Shown: positions 11,130-19,922 of the stretch, piece after piece | Layout of the letters: every line of letters starts with the position of its first letter | Position numbering within the stretch: the first letter of the stretch is position 1 | Assembly: GCA_044361535.1 (NCBI GenBank) | Contig: JBIKIQ010000004.1 | Span: 49,705-113,704, forward strand | DNA length: 64,000 bases | DNA from: Crocinitomicaceae bacterium | GTDB taxonomy: Bacteria; Bacteroidota; Bacteroidia; Flavobacteriales_D; Crocinitomicaceae | Direction: 5' to 3' | Notes under the pieces: generated by a model | The model's database searches: none | Told to the model about the DNA's origin: nothing | What the model saw: the letters and a program-made list of their open reading frames with translations, nothing else | Position numbers and translations under genes: made by a program

Positions 11130-14100
11130 TTATTGCTTGATGAGCTTAGTTACAGATGAACTATTTTCAATTGACAAGTAGTATGCACCGCGAGCAACAT
11201 TTTGCAAATCAATATGCTCTTGGGTTGAAGTAATTTTTCCATCAAGTATAATTCTACCCGAAAAATCACGAATTGAATACCTTTTACCAACTAATTCTGA
11301 TGAAACTTGTAGCGTAATGTTGCTGTTTGTTGGATTTGGATAAACAAGAATGTTTGTATTCGCGATTTCTTTCACGCCTGAAACTCCATTGTTAACGATA
11401 TTTGAGCGTGACACCCCGTAATTCAATATTTTCGTCGGATCACAGTTCACTGGATTTACCACCTCAATTTGGTAATACAACGGACCTGTTGGTGGCGTTA
11501 AATCGGAATACGAATTTAGATTACTTTGAATAGTTGTGAGTAAGCTGATATTTGATGGATCTGTTCCCCGGTAAATGTTGTAACTTCCAAAGTTCAATCC
11601 TTCGTAGTGGCTCCAAATCAAATTCCACGCACCGCCAATTCCTTGGTTGATGGTTAAGTGAATGGTTTTATGGAAATCCCCTACATTGGTTTCAACTCCA
11701 CACGTATCTAATGCTGAAATGTTGTAGCGATACGCTTGAACAGCAGGGTTTGAATTAACATCCAAGAACACGGCTAAATCGTTGTAATCGGTTGCTCCAA
11801 TTTTTGAATAAACATTCGAAACGTTGGTTTCTTTGTACACATAGAATGAATCAATTCCTAGCGTTAATGGTTTCTCCCAAACCACACGGTTTTCATTGGT
11901 TAAGGAATCTACTCCCACGATACAGACTTGTGGAGGTGCCATATTGGAGGCATTTACCGCAAATGGATTGGAAGTTCGTGAACAACCATTGTTGTTTGTA
12001 ACAGTTACAGAATAATTGCCGGATTGTGAAACCACCAATGAACTTGCCGTTGAACCCGTATTCCACAAATAACTTGAAAAACCACTAGGAGCAGTTAAAG
12101 TCATTGAACCTCCTGAACACGGCGTTATTGTTCCACTTGAAGTAATCGTTGGAACGGAAGGTAGAGGATTAACTGTTACTGAAATTCCAGCCGAAGTTAC
12201 GGGACAATTGTTTTGATAAATGGTAACAGTGAATGAACCGCTTTGCATTGGATAGAACGAACTAGTTGTTGCTCCGCTAACAGGAACTCCATTTCTGTTC
12301 CATTGGTAGGTGAAAGATGGATCCGCGTTGCAAGATAACAACAGTGAATCTCCTGCACAGCCGCTCAAAGGACCAGTTTGATTAAGCATTGCAGTATGGG
12401 TGCAAGTAACTCCGCCAATCACAAAGATCATATCATTGAAGGTTTGTGAGCTGCTGCAACCCGTAGTAAGATTATCGGCCACAACTGTGACATCGGCATA
12501 GCCGTTTTGAGTATATATATGACTCAAAAAAGGCGCATTGGATTGTTGCGAAGTGCCATCTCCGAAATACCAGGTGAAATTGTAGTTGCTCAAATTAGGT
12601 GTTTGATTGGCAAAAGCTACATTGAGAGGAGCATTACCAAAAGCTGGGTTTGGGGTGATAGAGATGGTGTCGTTGGTATTTACATTTAAAGTAAGCGTTA
12701 CAACACTATCACAACCAAATTGATTTGTCAATGTTTGCGAATATTGACCTGGTTGAGTGTAATGTTGCCCGTTCCACGTGTAAGTGTCGCCGTCGCAGAT
12801 AGTTGCGGAAAAAGAGGAAACAGAATTTAAGATGGTTAAATTTATTTCTAATATTACACTATCACAGTAATCTTGATAAATTGGATGATTATAAAATAAC
12901 GCTTCATAATAGATTCCTGTTTCTGAATAGGATTGATTAGTTGGAGAAATATAGGGACTGCAAGAACTAACATTCATTATTTCAGTTGGAACAGTAGGTA
13001 ATTGTACATTTATATTTAGATAAATACTATCACAACCAGAAATATCGTCAATAACTTCAAAATAACTACCTGGACCATACGTCACTCCAGAAGGTGAAAC
13101 ATAAGGAAAACACCAAGATGCAGCAGTATTTACTGTGTCAGTATATGGTGCACATTGCTTGAGTCTAATAATATTATTTGAATTATTTGAATTGAAAGTT
13201 GAAAACGCTCCTCCGGCAATTATTTTTCCATCTGACTGCAAACCTAATGAGTTTACCGGACCATTAAAAGCAAGGCCTGGATTAAACGTATTATCAATTG
13301 TCCCATCAGTATTAATACAAATAAAATTTTGATGATTATAGTACATATATAATGGATAATCTCCGGTCTGAATTGCCCAGAGACCCACACCTCCCATGCA
13401 ACCATTATAAAAAGGGTCATTGCAATTATCATTCATCCATGAACCTCCTATTATAAATTTTCCATTAGGCAAAGCAACAACTGATTGAGAATCTCCGTTA
13501 ATTTGAACATTGCTTGCAAATGCATTGTCGACTGTTCCATCATTTTGATTTAATAGATGTGCAATAGGGTAAGGCCCGCAACAGCCTAACGCTCCGACCA
13601 CTATAATTTTGTTGTTAGTAAGTATTTTAAAATCATATACGCCTCCCCATGCCAAGTTAATAGGAGCAGAAAATGAATTATCAATTGTTCCATTTGAATT
13701 AAGTCTAATAATATCAGATACAGCTATATTATTGAAATAATTTATAAAACCTGAAACAATTATTTTGCCATCACTCTGCACTGATATGCAATAAACATCT
13801 CCCACACTTACAGTTCCAGCGCTTGGATTTATTTGCATCATTATACCAGTGCCGGGATTAAAGGTTGTATCTAAAGACCCATCAGGATTTAGTCTCAAAA
13901 TAGAGTTGCGAAACGCACCATTATATGCCGAAAAGTAACCACCAACTAGTATTTTTCCATCGTTTTGGACACAAATTGCCCCAATGTTACAAAATACATT
14001 TTGATATACATTCTCACTAAATCCCGTTCCAATATTAAATGTTAAATCAATAGTACCATTAGTATTAAGTCTGACAAGGCGATTTCTTGTAAAACCATTA

Positions 14101-14429
14101 AATTCAGTAAAACGGCCACCAACTAAAATTTTTCCATCATTTTGAACTGCAATGGCATCAACTGTACCATTAAATCCACTTCCAATATCAAATGAATTAT
14201 CCAGAGTTCCATTTGAATTTAACTTTACTAAGCGATTAGCCGTTACACCATTATAAGTTGTAAAATCTCCTCCAATAATTAATTGGTTATTAGGTAATAC
14301 AACAATACCACTTCGCCCTGTCGCCCCGTTTAATCCAGCTCCGTTTATAAAAGATAAATCTTTATAAACATTTTGAGAAAAAATAGAAAATGAAACAAAA
14401 AAATTAAGTATAAACAGAATTACTTTCAT
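11130..14429 (-). CDS. Large T9SS-secreted adhesin-like protein: beta-propeller 'delta-60/DUF5122-like' repeats, PKD/Ig-like modules and a type-A CTD
   Basis: N-terminal half has ~55-60 aa repeats of the form 'NGT(L/I)DNSF..G.GFNG.V.AI.VQ.DGKI(L/I)VGG.F..(F/Y)NG'. Three 'GCDS(I/V)..L.(L/I)NV' modules. PKD signature 'FTWYFGDGTS'. C-terminus 'VYPNPTNSNITLQV...'. Confidence 0.85.
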   Translation of the reverse strand: MKVILFILNFFVSFSIFSQNVYKDLSFINGAGLNGATGRSGIVVLPNNQLIIGGDFTTYNGVTANRLVKLNSNGTLDNSFDIGSGFNGTVDAIAVQNDGKILVGGRFTEFNGFTRNRLVRLNTNGTIDLTFNIGTGFSENVYQNVFCNIGAICVQNDGKILVGGYFSAYNGAFRNSILRLNPDGSLDTTFNPGTGIMMQINPSAGTVSVGDVYCISVQSDGKIIVSGFINYFNNIAVSDIIRLNSNGTIDNSFSAPINLAWGGVYDFKILTNNKIIVVGALGCCGPYPIAHLLNQNDGTVDNAFASNVQINGDSQSVVALPNGKFIIGGSWMNDNCNDPFYNGCMGGVGLWAIQTGDYPLYMYYNHQNFICINTDGTIDNTFNPGLAFNGPVNSLGLQSDGKIIAGGAFSTFNSNNSNNIIRLKQCAPYTDTVNTAASWCFPYVSPSGVTYGPGSYFEVIDDISGCDSIYLNINVQLPTVPTEIMNVSSCSPYISPTNQSYSETGIYYEALFYNHPIYQDYCDSVILEINLTILNSVSSFSATICDGDTYTWNGQHYTQPGQYSQTLTNQFGCDSVVTLTLNVNTNDTISITPNPAFGNAPLNVAFANQTPNLSNYNFTWYFGDGTSQQSNAPFLSHIYTQNGYADVTVVADNLTTGCSSSQTFNDMIFVIGGVTCTHTAMLNQTGPLSGCAGDSLLLSCNADPSFTYQWNRNGVPVSGATTSSFYPMQSGSFTVTIYQNNCPVTSAGISVTVNPLPSVPTITSSGTITPCSGGSMTLTAPSGFSSYLWNTGSTASSLVVSQSGNYSVTVTNNNGCSRTSNPFAVNASNMAPPQVCIVGVDSLTNENRVVWEKPLTLGIDSFYVYKETNVSNVYSKIGATDYNDLAVFLDVNSNPAVQAYRYNISALDTCGVETNVGDFHKTIHLTINQGIGGAWNLIWSHYEGLNFGSYNIYRGTDPSNISLLTTIQSNLNSYSDLTPPTGPLYYQIEVVNPVNCDPTKILNYGVSRSNIVNNGVSGVKEIANTNILVYPNPTNSNITLQVSSELVGKRYSIRDFSGRIILDGKITSTQEHIDLQNVARGAYYLSIENSSSVTKLIKQ

Positions 14430-14443
14430 AAAAATATCATTAG

Positions 14444-14986
14444 TTAAAAATTAAACAGCCCTGAAGGATTCCTCGGATTAGTTTTATTGATTAATTGTAT
14501 TTGTGGAAAATGATTCTTGAACAGATATATCAAATCACTTTCTAAATCGTGCAATGGTTTTTCAGAATTTGGAGAGTTACTATTTTTTATAAGCACCTCT
14601 TTAGAAACTGCGAATAAAACCACTTTTGCCTGTAAAAAAGCTTGTTGGTTATTTATAAAATAATCTTTGTTAACCTCTTGATGACCAAGCCCTTTGAGGA
14701 CAGCATTAAATCCTCCCCATCTTCTCCCATCGATATGTTTAGCAATGCGCTCCAAAATCGTACAACTACTCGCTTTACCCACATAATATTTTCCATCTGT
14801 GAAACGAAAGATATACATACCATTTTCATGAAGTTCATTACCAGAGGTAATTCCCCTAGTATAATCCAAAAAATTGAAATCCTTTAAAGCAATGCTACTA
14901 TCACTTTCTAAATGATTGATTATACGATCAACCAATGTAATATCTGCAACGTTTTGCCAACTAGGTAAAAAAAGACTTTTCTTCAT
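14444..14986 (-). CDS. GIY-YIG-like nuclease domain protein (hypothetical)
   Basis: 'GMYIFRFTDGKYYVGKASSCTILERIAKH' fits GIY-x10-YVG followed by the conserved Arg and His. Further downstream, 'LESDLIYLF...LINKTN' fits the conserved Glu and Asn. Start set to the ATG at 14986, because the TTG at 15004 lies inside the putative -7 promoter box. Confidence 0.55.
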   Translation of the reverse strand: MKKSLFLPSWQNVADITLVDRIINHLESDSSIALKDFNFLDYTRGITSGNELHENGMYIFRFTDGKYYVGKASSCTILERIAKHIDGRRWGGFNAVLKGLGHQEVNKDYFINNQQAFLQAKVVLFAVSKEVLIKNSNSPNSEKPLHDLESDLIYLFKNHFPQIQLINKTNPRNPSGLFNF

Positions 14987-15001
14987 TTTCAAAATTTCAC
15001 T

Positions 15002-15009
15002 CAAAAATA
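15002..15009 (-). promoter_or_regulatory. Putative -7 promoter box for the GIY-YIG-like gene
   Basis: The minus strand reads 'tatttttg', 15 nt upstream of the ATG at 14986. Confidence 0.4.
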
Positions 15010-15028
15010 CGCCCCTTCAAACATTCTT

Positions 15029-15050
15029 CTTGCTTCACTCTTGCTTCACT
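15029..15050. repeat. Perfect tandem duplication of an 11-bp unit (CTTGCTTCACT x2) in the divergent promoter region
   Basis: 15029-15039 and 15040-15050 are identical. A degenerate third copy 'ttacacttca' follows, and 'tgcttc' recurs at 15065-15070. Confidence 0.8.
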
Positions 15051-15085
15051 TTACACTTCATTAGTGCTTCGATTGATATATCTTC

Positions 15086-15093
15086 TATTTTTG
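15086..15093 (+). promoter_or_regulatory. Putative -7 promoter box for the HTH/helical protein gene
   Basis: 'tatttttg', 3 nt upstream of the ATG at 15097. Confidence 0.4.
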
Positions 15094-15096
15094 TTT

Positions 15097-16197
15097 ATGC
15101 TAAATGCACTCAAAAGTGAATTGGAAAAGAAAGTGGGGTTTGCGCTCGATTCGTTTAAGAACTGTCGGCGCTTAGAAAACCTATTGCAACACAAAGGGCT
15201 CTACATTTCCTACAGCAGTTTGGCGCGTATGTTTTCCGTTGGCAACAAAACCACAGAACCGAGACTTTCCACACTCAACGAATTGAGTGTTTTCTTAGGG
15301 TATCAATCATATGAGCATTTTAACCAATTCAATGAGAATTCAGCCGAAAAGTTGGAAGCCTATACACGCAAAGTCTTGGACATGAAATCGGAACTGTTTT
15401 TCGGTAATCGGCTCAAAGGGCTGGAACTATTTATTGATATCCGTAAAAAGTTTGGGGCTTTATCTGATTTGCTTTCGCAGGAACTTGCTCTGCAACTTTT
15501 TAATAAACAGGATCTACCAAAAAACGAACTGGAACACCTCGTAGCTAAGGGGATTACTGAAGTGAACTTCATGGATTTTTTCATCTACGAAGACGACCCC
15601 TTCGGACATTACGAATGGTTTATTCAACATGCTTCTGGAGCTCAAAAACAAAGTCAAGATTTTCAAAACTTCAAGAATCTATTTTCACAGCGAAAAGAAT
15701 TATTGAAAGGCATGACCACTGATGAAAAAGATCTACCAATCCAAAATATCAATCAATCTGTTCATCTGTATTCTAGAATATTGGAAATCGAAGTCTTGCA
15801 AATGGCTGCAAACCAACCTAAAAACTTATTGGAGTTTTATCAAGAGCGCCTCGATCAAACCATCAGCTTATTGAAAAATCGCCACGAATACGACAAAATC
15901 ATTGTTCTTGGCAGGCTGTTTCGCGCTGCTTGTCATACTGGAATCGATAAAAAAATACTTCTGGACAATGAAACCAAGCAATTCTGCGTGGAGGTAATCA
16001 ATTCAAACGCCCTAGAACTTGAATTTCAAGCGCCCATATACGCTGTCCTGAAAAATGATCCGAAATTGAATTTAAGCTTAGCTTTCTTACACAACAACTA
16101 TTGGAAAAACGCACAATTTGAGTCTGAAATGCTTATTGCAAAAGCGTTAGGTCTAAAAAAAGTCTATGAGACCTATAAGAAAGGGGTATTGAGATAG
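15097..16197 (+). CDS. Hypothetical protein: N-terminal HTH-like module plus an all-helical C-terminal region
   Basis: 'YISYSSLARMFSVGNKTTEPRLSTLNELSVFLGYQSYEHF' resembles the HTH-like N-terminal module common in Bacteroidota signalling and defence-type proteins. No P-loop or other catalytic motif seen. Start set to the ATG at 15097, 3 nt after a TAnnTTTG box. The GTG at 15064 lies upstream of that box. Confidence 0.5.
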   Translation: MLNALKSELEKKVGFALDSFKNCRRLENLLQHKGLYISYSSLARMFSVGNKTTEPRLSTLNELSVFLGYQSYEHFNQFNENSAEKLEAYTRKVLDMKSELFFGNRLKGLELFIDIRKKFGALSDLLSQELALQLFNKQDLPKNELEHLVAKGITEVNFMDFFIYEDDPFGHYEWFIQHASGAQKQSQDFQNFKNLFSQRKELLKGMTTDEKDLPIQNINQSVHLYSRILEIEVLQMAANQPKNLLEFYQERLDQTISLLKNRHEYDKIIVLGRLFRAACHTGIDKKILLDNETKQFCVEVINSNALELEFQAPIYAVLKNDPKLNLSLAFLHNNYWKNAQFESEMLIAKALGLKKVYETYKKGVLR

Positions 16198-16308
16198 GGG
16201 TTTATCCGATTCAATTATGGTTTGAATACGCGCCAAAAAGCAGTCATTTAGGAATGCTACTTAACTCTGTATAACGCTAATTATGAAAAAATGGATTACG
16301 AAGTATAA

Positions 16309-16476
16309 TCCTTAAAATTAATAATAGATGCTAAATCACTGAAGGATAAAATTAATTTCGTTTCCTTTGATACTGTTAAGGATGACGTTCGAAAATTTAT
16401 TTGCCATGATGAACAATTAAAAATTTGGAATGCCAAATATTTTAACTATTTGGTTGAAAAGATGAAGTTTATTTAA
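16309..16476 (+). pseudogene. Start-less C-terminal gene fragment, possibly from an AbiEii/DUF1814-type nucleotidyltransferase toxin
   Basis: The open frame reads SLKLIIDAKSLKDKINFVSFDTVKDDVRKFICHDEQLKIWNAKYFNYLVEKMKFI*. It has no start codon and an upstream in-frame stop at 16306. The 'D(V).(K/R)F.....L.IW...YF' ending matches my recollection of AbiEii-family C-termini. Not verified. Confidence 0.3.
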
Positions 16477-16533
16477 AAACAAGTTCCACAACAATTGTTT
16501 GGGCTACCAGAAAATTACAGGAAGTTCAGCGAA

Positions 16534-16977
16534 TCAAGAATTCAAAAAATAAATCCCGAAAAGTGTTATTGACACAATGGACCAAGTAATTGCATCAGTG
16601 AGCATGATAGGCAAAGAATCAACTCTTCCTATCGGTTTTCTATTTTTTCTAATTACGTAGATAACAGGAACCTTTATAAAATCTAATGGTTTAAGATATT
16701 TCACTTGCATACTTTCAAAAATAAACTCTATCTCAAGAGTTTGAACCTTTATCTGGGTCATATAGCCAATTTTTTGTTGATATTGATTTTTTCCAGGTAA
16801 TTCTCTTCTCCCTACAATTTCACCGACTGAACGTTTTCCCCATATTTTTATATAAATAATCAGTATTATCTCTTTTAAAACAAAAAAAATCGTAATGAGT
16901 ATTGCTGCAATGAGACAAATCAATAAAACCATTTCTTTTCCCGATAACAATGGATGTATTTTAAAAAAATTGAACAA
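16534..16977 (-). CDS. Small membrane protein (two TM segments flanking a beta-rich domain; DUF3592-like architecture)
   Basis: TM helix 'MVLLICLIAAILITIFFVL', a ~80-aa soluble segment, then a C-terminal TM 'ITWSIVSITLFGIYFL'. Lies 29 nt downstream of the DPP-IV gene on the same strand. The alternative start at 16932 is equally possible. Confidence 0.5.
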   Translation of the reverse strand: MFNFFKIHPLLSGKEMVLLICLIAAILITIFFVLKEIILIIYIKIWGKRSVGEIVGRRELPGKNQYQQKIGYMTQIKVQTLEIEFIFESMQVKYLKPLDFIKVPVIYVIRKNRKPIGRVDSLPIMLTDAITWSIVSITLFGIYFLNS

Positions 16978-17006
16978 GAATTATTAATTATCGATATATT
17001 AATGAT

Positions 17007-19130
17007 TTATTTATTCTTCTCCAAAATATACGTCAGAATTTTCTCAATCAAATGCGCGCGGTCTTTTCCAGTCACATTGTGTTTGTGCATAGGATACGGG
17101 AAGAAATCCATTTGTTTTCCTGCTTCTACGAACTTTTTCACCAAAGCGTAATTGTGTTGCATTACAACTACATCGTCAATGGTTCCGTGAATCAATAAGA
17201 GATTTCCTTCCAATTTGTCGGCGTAATTCAACAGCGATGCTTTTTCGTATCCTTCTTTGTTTTGTTCAGGTCTGTCCATATAGCGCTCACCATACATAAT
17301 TTCGTAATATTTCCAATCTGTCACTGGTCCACCGGCTACTCCCGTGGTGAAAACACCCGGTTGGCGCAACATCAACGATGTAGTCATGAAACCACCAAAA
17401 GACCAACCATGAACTGCCATTCTTTTTCCATCAACGTATGGCAAAGCCTTAAGGAAATCAACACCTAACAACTGATCTTCCATTTCAATATCGCCCAATC
17501 GACGGTGAATTTGAGATTCAAATGCAAATCCTCTTTCGCCAGATCCGTGATTGTCTAAAGTAAATACAATATATCCCTGATTTGCCATCCAATGCATCCA
17601 TAAATTCGCACCGTTCAACCATGAATTAGTAACCATTTGCGCATGTGGACCACCATATACATATACCATTACTGGGTATTTTTTGGAAGGATCAAAATTT
17701 GCGGGTTTAATCATTCGGTAATACAAATCTGCTCCATCTTTAGCCTTAATTGTTCCTATATCAGTTTGTCCAATCACATAATCATCCAATTTTTCTTTGG
17801 AAGTTATCAATGGTTTTGCCATTTTTCCATTCGTTGTCCACAGCATGGCTTTGTGGGGAACTGTTCCGCTTGAAAACGCATCGTAGTAATAGGAACCATC
17901 TCCAGAAAGTGAAAATGTATGTGTTCCTTCTTCACGGGTTACCAACGATGAATTTCCATCCAAATCAACCGAATAAACAAGTGTGTTCATGGGATTTGGC
18001 CCGGTGGATGTGTAATAGATTTTCTTACCATCTTCGCTTGTTGTCAAAATATCTTTTACCACGAATTCGTGATTTGTCAATTGTTTGATGAGTTTACCTT
18101 CAAAATCATAGTAATACAAGTTATCGAATCCGCTTTTTTCTGAAATCCAAATAAAATTAGTGGAGGTCTTACTTGGAAAATAAGCCGGGTGCTCTGGTTC
18201 AACCCATTTGTCGTTTGTTTCTTCGAAAAGCGTTTTAACGAATTTCCCAGTCTTAGCATCGTAGACATTCAACCACATGTGATTTTGGTCGCGATTTACT
18301 TCAGCGACAACAATGTATTTCTCATCTGGAGTGAACGTTAAATTGGTGAAATAATCATCTCTCGCTCCACGCGGATTGATATACACCGTTTTGTTTTTCT
18401 TAACGTTACAAATACCAACTCTTGGCTGCTCAGAATTTTGTCCAGCCATTGGATATTTGATTGAGACCAATTCTCCGGGAGTAGGATTTATGTCCAATAA
18501 AGGATAATTATGAACGTTTGTTTCGTTTTTCTGATAAAAAGCCAAATAGGTTCCTTTATCTGACCAGAAAATCCCATTTGAAATACCAAATTCATTGCGC
18601 GCAATTGATTGACCTGAAACGATATTTTTGTCCGTATTTTTGGTTATTGCAATTCGCTTTCCATCTGCTTTCAACAGATATAGATTATTGGCCATTGTAT
18701 ATGCCATTTGGTTGCTTGCCGTATGAAAAGATTGATTTTCAGCTCCATCTTCAACTTTTAGAATTTTCTTTCCAGTTTTTGCATTGACATCATACGAATA
18801 TAGTTTGGAACCGTCATTCAATCTAATTTCGTGATCGTTTATCCATTCCATTCCGAAGAAATTCTGGAAGTCCGTTGTCAGAATTTTATTAATATCTGCA
18901 ATTTTAACCAGTTCTAATTCTTTTTCGGACGCAACATCTGATTTGTATAATGTTGTCCAATCCTTACTGCAATAGGAATAAGACGCTCCTCCCGGAATCC
19001 ATTGAAAATTGGTAATGCGATCCGGCGCAAACTTTCGACCTTGTTGAAGAACGGCTTCATTTAAGGAAATTTCTTTTTTCTGACCAAAAGCAGCCGTTGA
19101 AATAAATAAAAAGAAAAGAACTTTTTTCAT
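17007..19130 (-). CDS. Dipeptidyl-peptidase IV (S9B family serine peptidase)
   Basis: Signal peptide and an N-terminal DPP-IV beta-propeller region. Catalytic domain has nucleophile elbow 'HGWSFGGFMT', Asp in 'IHGTIDDVV' and His in 'YPMHKHNV'. Confidence 0.92.
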   Translation of the reverse strand: MKKVLFFLFISTAAFGQKKEISLNEAVLQQGRKFAPDRITNFQWIPGGASYSYCSKDWTTLYKSDVASEKELELVKIADINKILTTDFQNFFGMEWINDHEIRLNDGSKLYSYDVNAKTGKKILKVEDGAENQSFHTASNQMAYTMANNLYLLKADGKRIAITKNTDKNIVSGQSIARNEFGISNGIFWSDKGTYLAFYQKNETNVHNYPLLDINPTPGELVSIKYPMAGQNSEQPRVGICNVKKNKTVYINPRGARDDYFTNLTFTPDEKYIVVAEVNRDQNHMWLNVYDAKTGKFVKTLFEETNDKWVEPEHPAYFPSKTSTNFIWISEKSGFDNLYYYDFEGKLIKQLTNHEFVVKDILTTSEDGKKIYYTSTGPNPMNTLVYSVDLDGNSSLVTREEGTHTFSLSGDGSYYYDAFSSGTVPHKAMLWTTNGKMAKPLITSKEKLDDYVIGQTDIGTIKAKDGADLYYRMIKPANFDPSKKYPVMVYVYGGPHAQMVTNSWLNGANLWMHWMANQGYIVFTLDNHGSGERGFAFESQIHRRLGDIEMEDQLLGVDFLKALPYVDGKRMAVHGWSFGGFMTTSLMLRQPGVFTTGVAGGPVTDWKYYEIMYGERYMDRPEQNKEGYEKASLLNYADKLEGNLLLIHGTIDDVVVMQHNYALVKKFVEAGKQMDFFPYPMHKHNVTGKDRAHLIEKILTYILEKNK

Positions 19131-19135
19131 GTAGT

Positions 19136-19807
19136 TTATCGTTTAATTAATTCGTTAAAATAAGATTCAACCGGTCTTCCTGCTTCGTAACAATTCAGAA
19201 CAATTTCATCTAAATTTTCTTTCAAGATGGTTTCCGGTTCAAATTGTGTGTAAAAATACCATTGTTTATTGAAAATAAGAGGTTCAATACTTGCAGCTTC
19301 TCGCAAATGAGCGGGAAGGACTTTGTTTTTATCGCCTAGAATTTCACCGAAAGTTTTTACAAAGATTGGATTCTGATATGCTTTTTGAAATTTTGAGATA
19401 TCTTGTGCGATACCTTCTCTAACCGCTTCCAAATCTTCTTTTTCAATTTCATAAACTCCTCCATATACACGCATGTGTTCGGGGCCAAATTCAAAATAGA
19501 CACCGTTTACCGCTTTGCTTTTCTTTCCTTCAGGCGCAACCACAGCCGAGCACATCATTTTATAGGGAGATTTATCTTTGGAAAAGCGAATATCTCGATT
19601 GATTCTAAAAATACATTCTTTAGCCTCCAACTCCTTGAATGTTGCGTCATTTTTAGCTAATTGATCAATGATAAGTTTTACAAAAGCAGCAAATGGCTTT
19701 TTAACATTCTGTTCATAACGTTTACGATTCAAATCAAACCAATCTTTGTTATTGTTCGCTGCTAGTTCAATAAAAAAATGCAAATAATCGGAAGAGAAAA
19801 ATGACAT
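19136..19807 (-). CDS. DUF2461 (TIGR02453) family protein
   Basis: 'LAANNNKDWFDLNRKRYEQNVKKPF' and 'FRINRDIRFSKDKSPYK' are hallmark strings of this family. Confidence 0.8.
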   Translation of the reverse strand: MSFFSSDYLHFFIELAANNNKDWFDLNRKRYEQNVKKPFAAFVKLIIDQLAKNDATFKELEAKECIFRINRDIRFSKDKSPYKMMCSAVVAPEGKKSKAVNGVYFEFGPEHMRVYGGVYEIEKEDLEAVREGIAQDISKFQKAYQNPIFVKTFGEILGDKNKVLPAHLREAASIEPLIFNKQWYFYTQFEPETILKENLDEIVLNCYEAGRPVESYFNELIKR

Positions 19808-19882
19808 GATAAATTTTCAACGAAGATAAGAATGTTTCCTGTTTTTGAATAAAATTTGGGTTATATTCTTAAAGCAATACGT

Positions 19883-19890
19883 TATATTTG
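19883..19890 (+). promoter_or_regulatory. Putative -7 promoter box for the DUF2130-like gene
   Basis: 'tatatttg', 32 nt upstream of the ATG at 19923. Confidence 0.45.
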
Positions 19891-19922
19891 AACATTAAAA
19901 AATAATAATCTAATTCTGAAAC

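Noticed and set aside
15914-15937. 'RLFRAACH' string in the 366-aa protein, considered as a HEPN R-x4-6-H catalytic motif
   Set aside because: It is not rejected outright, but a lone short motif is too weak to call a HEPN domain. It is kept only as a hypothesis inside the islet finding until a fold comparison is done.
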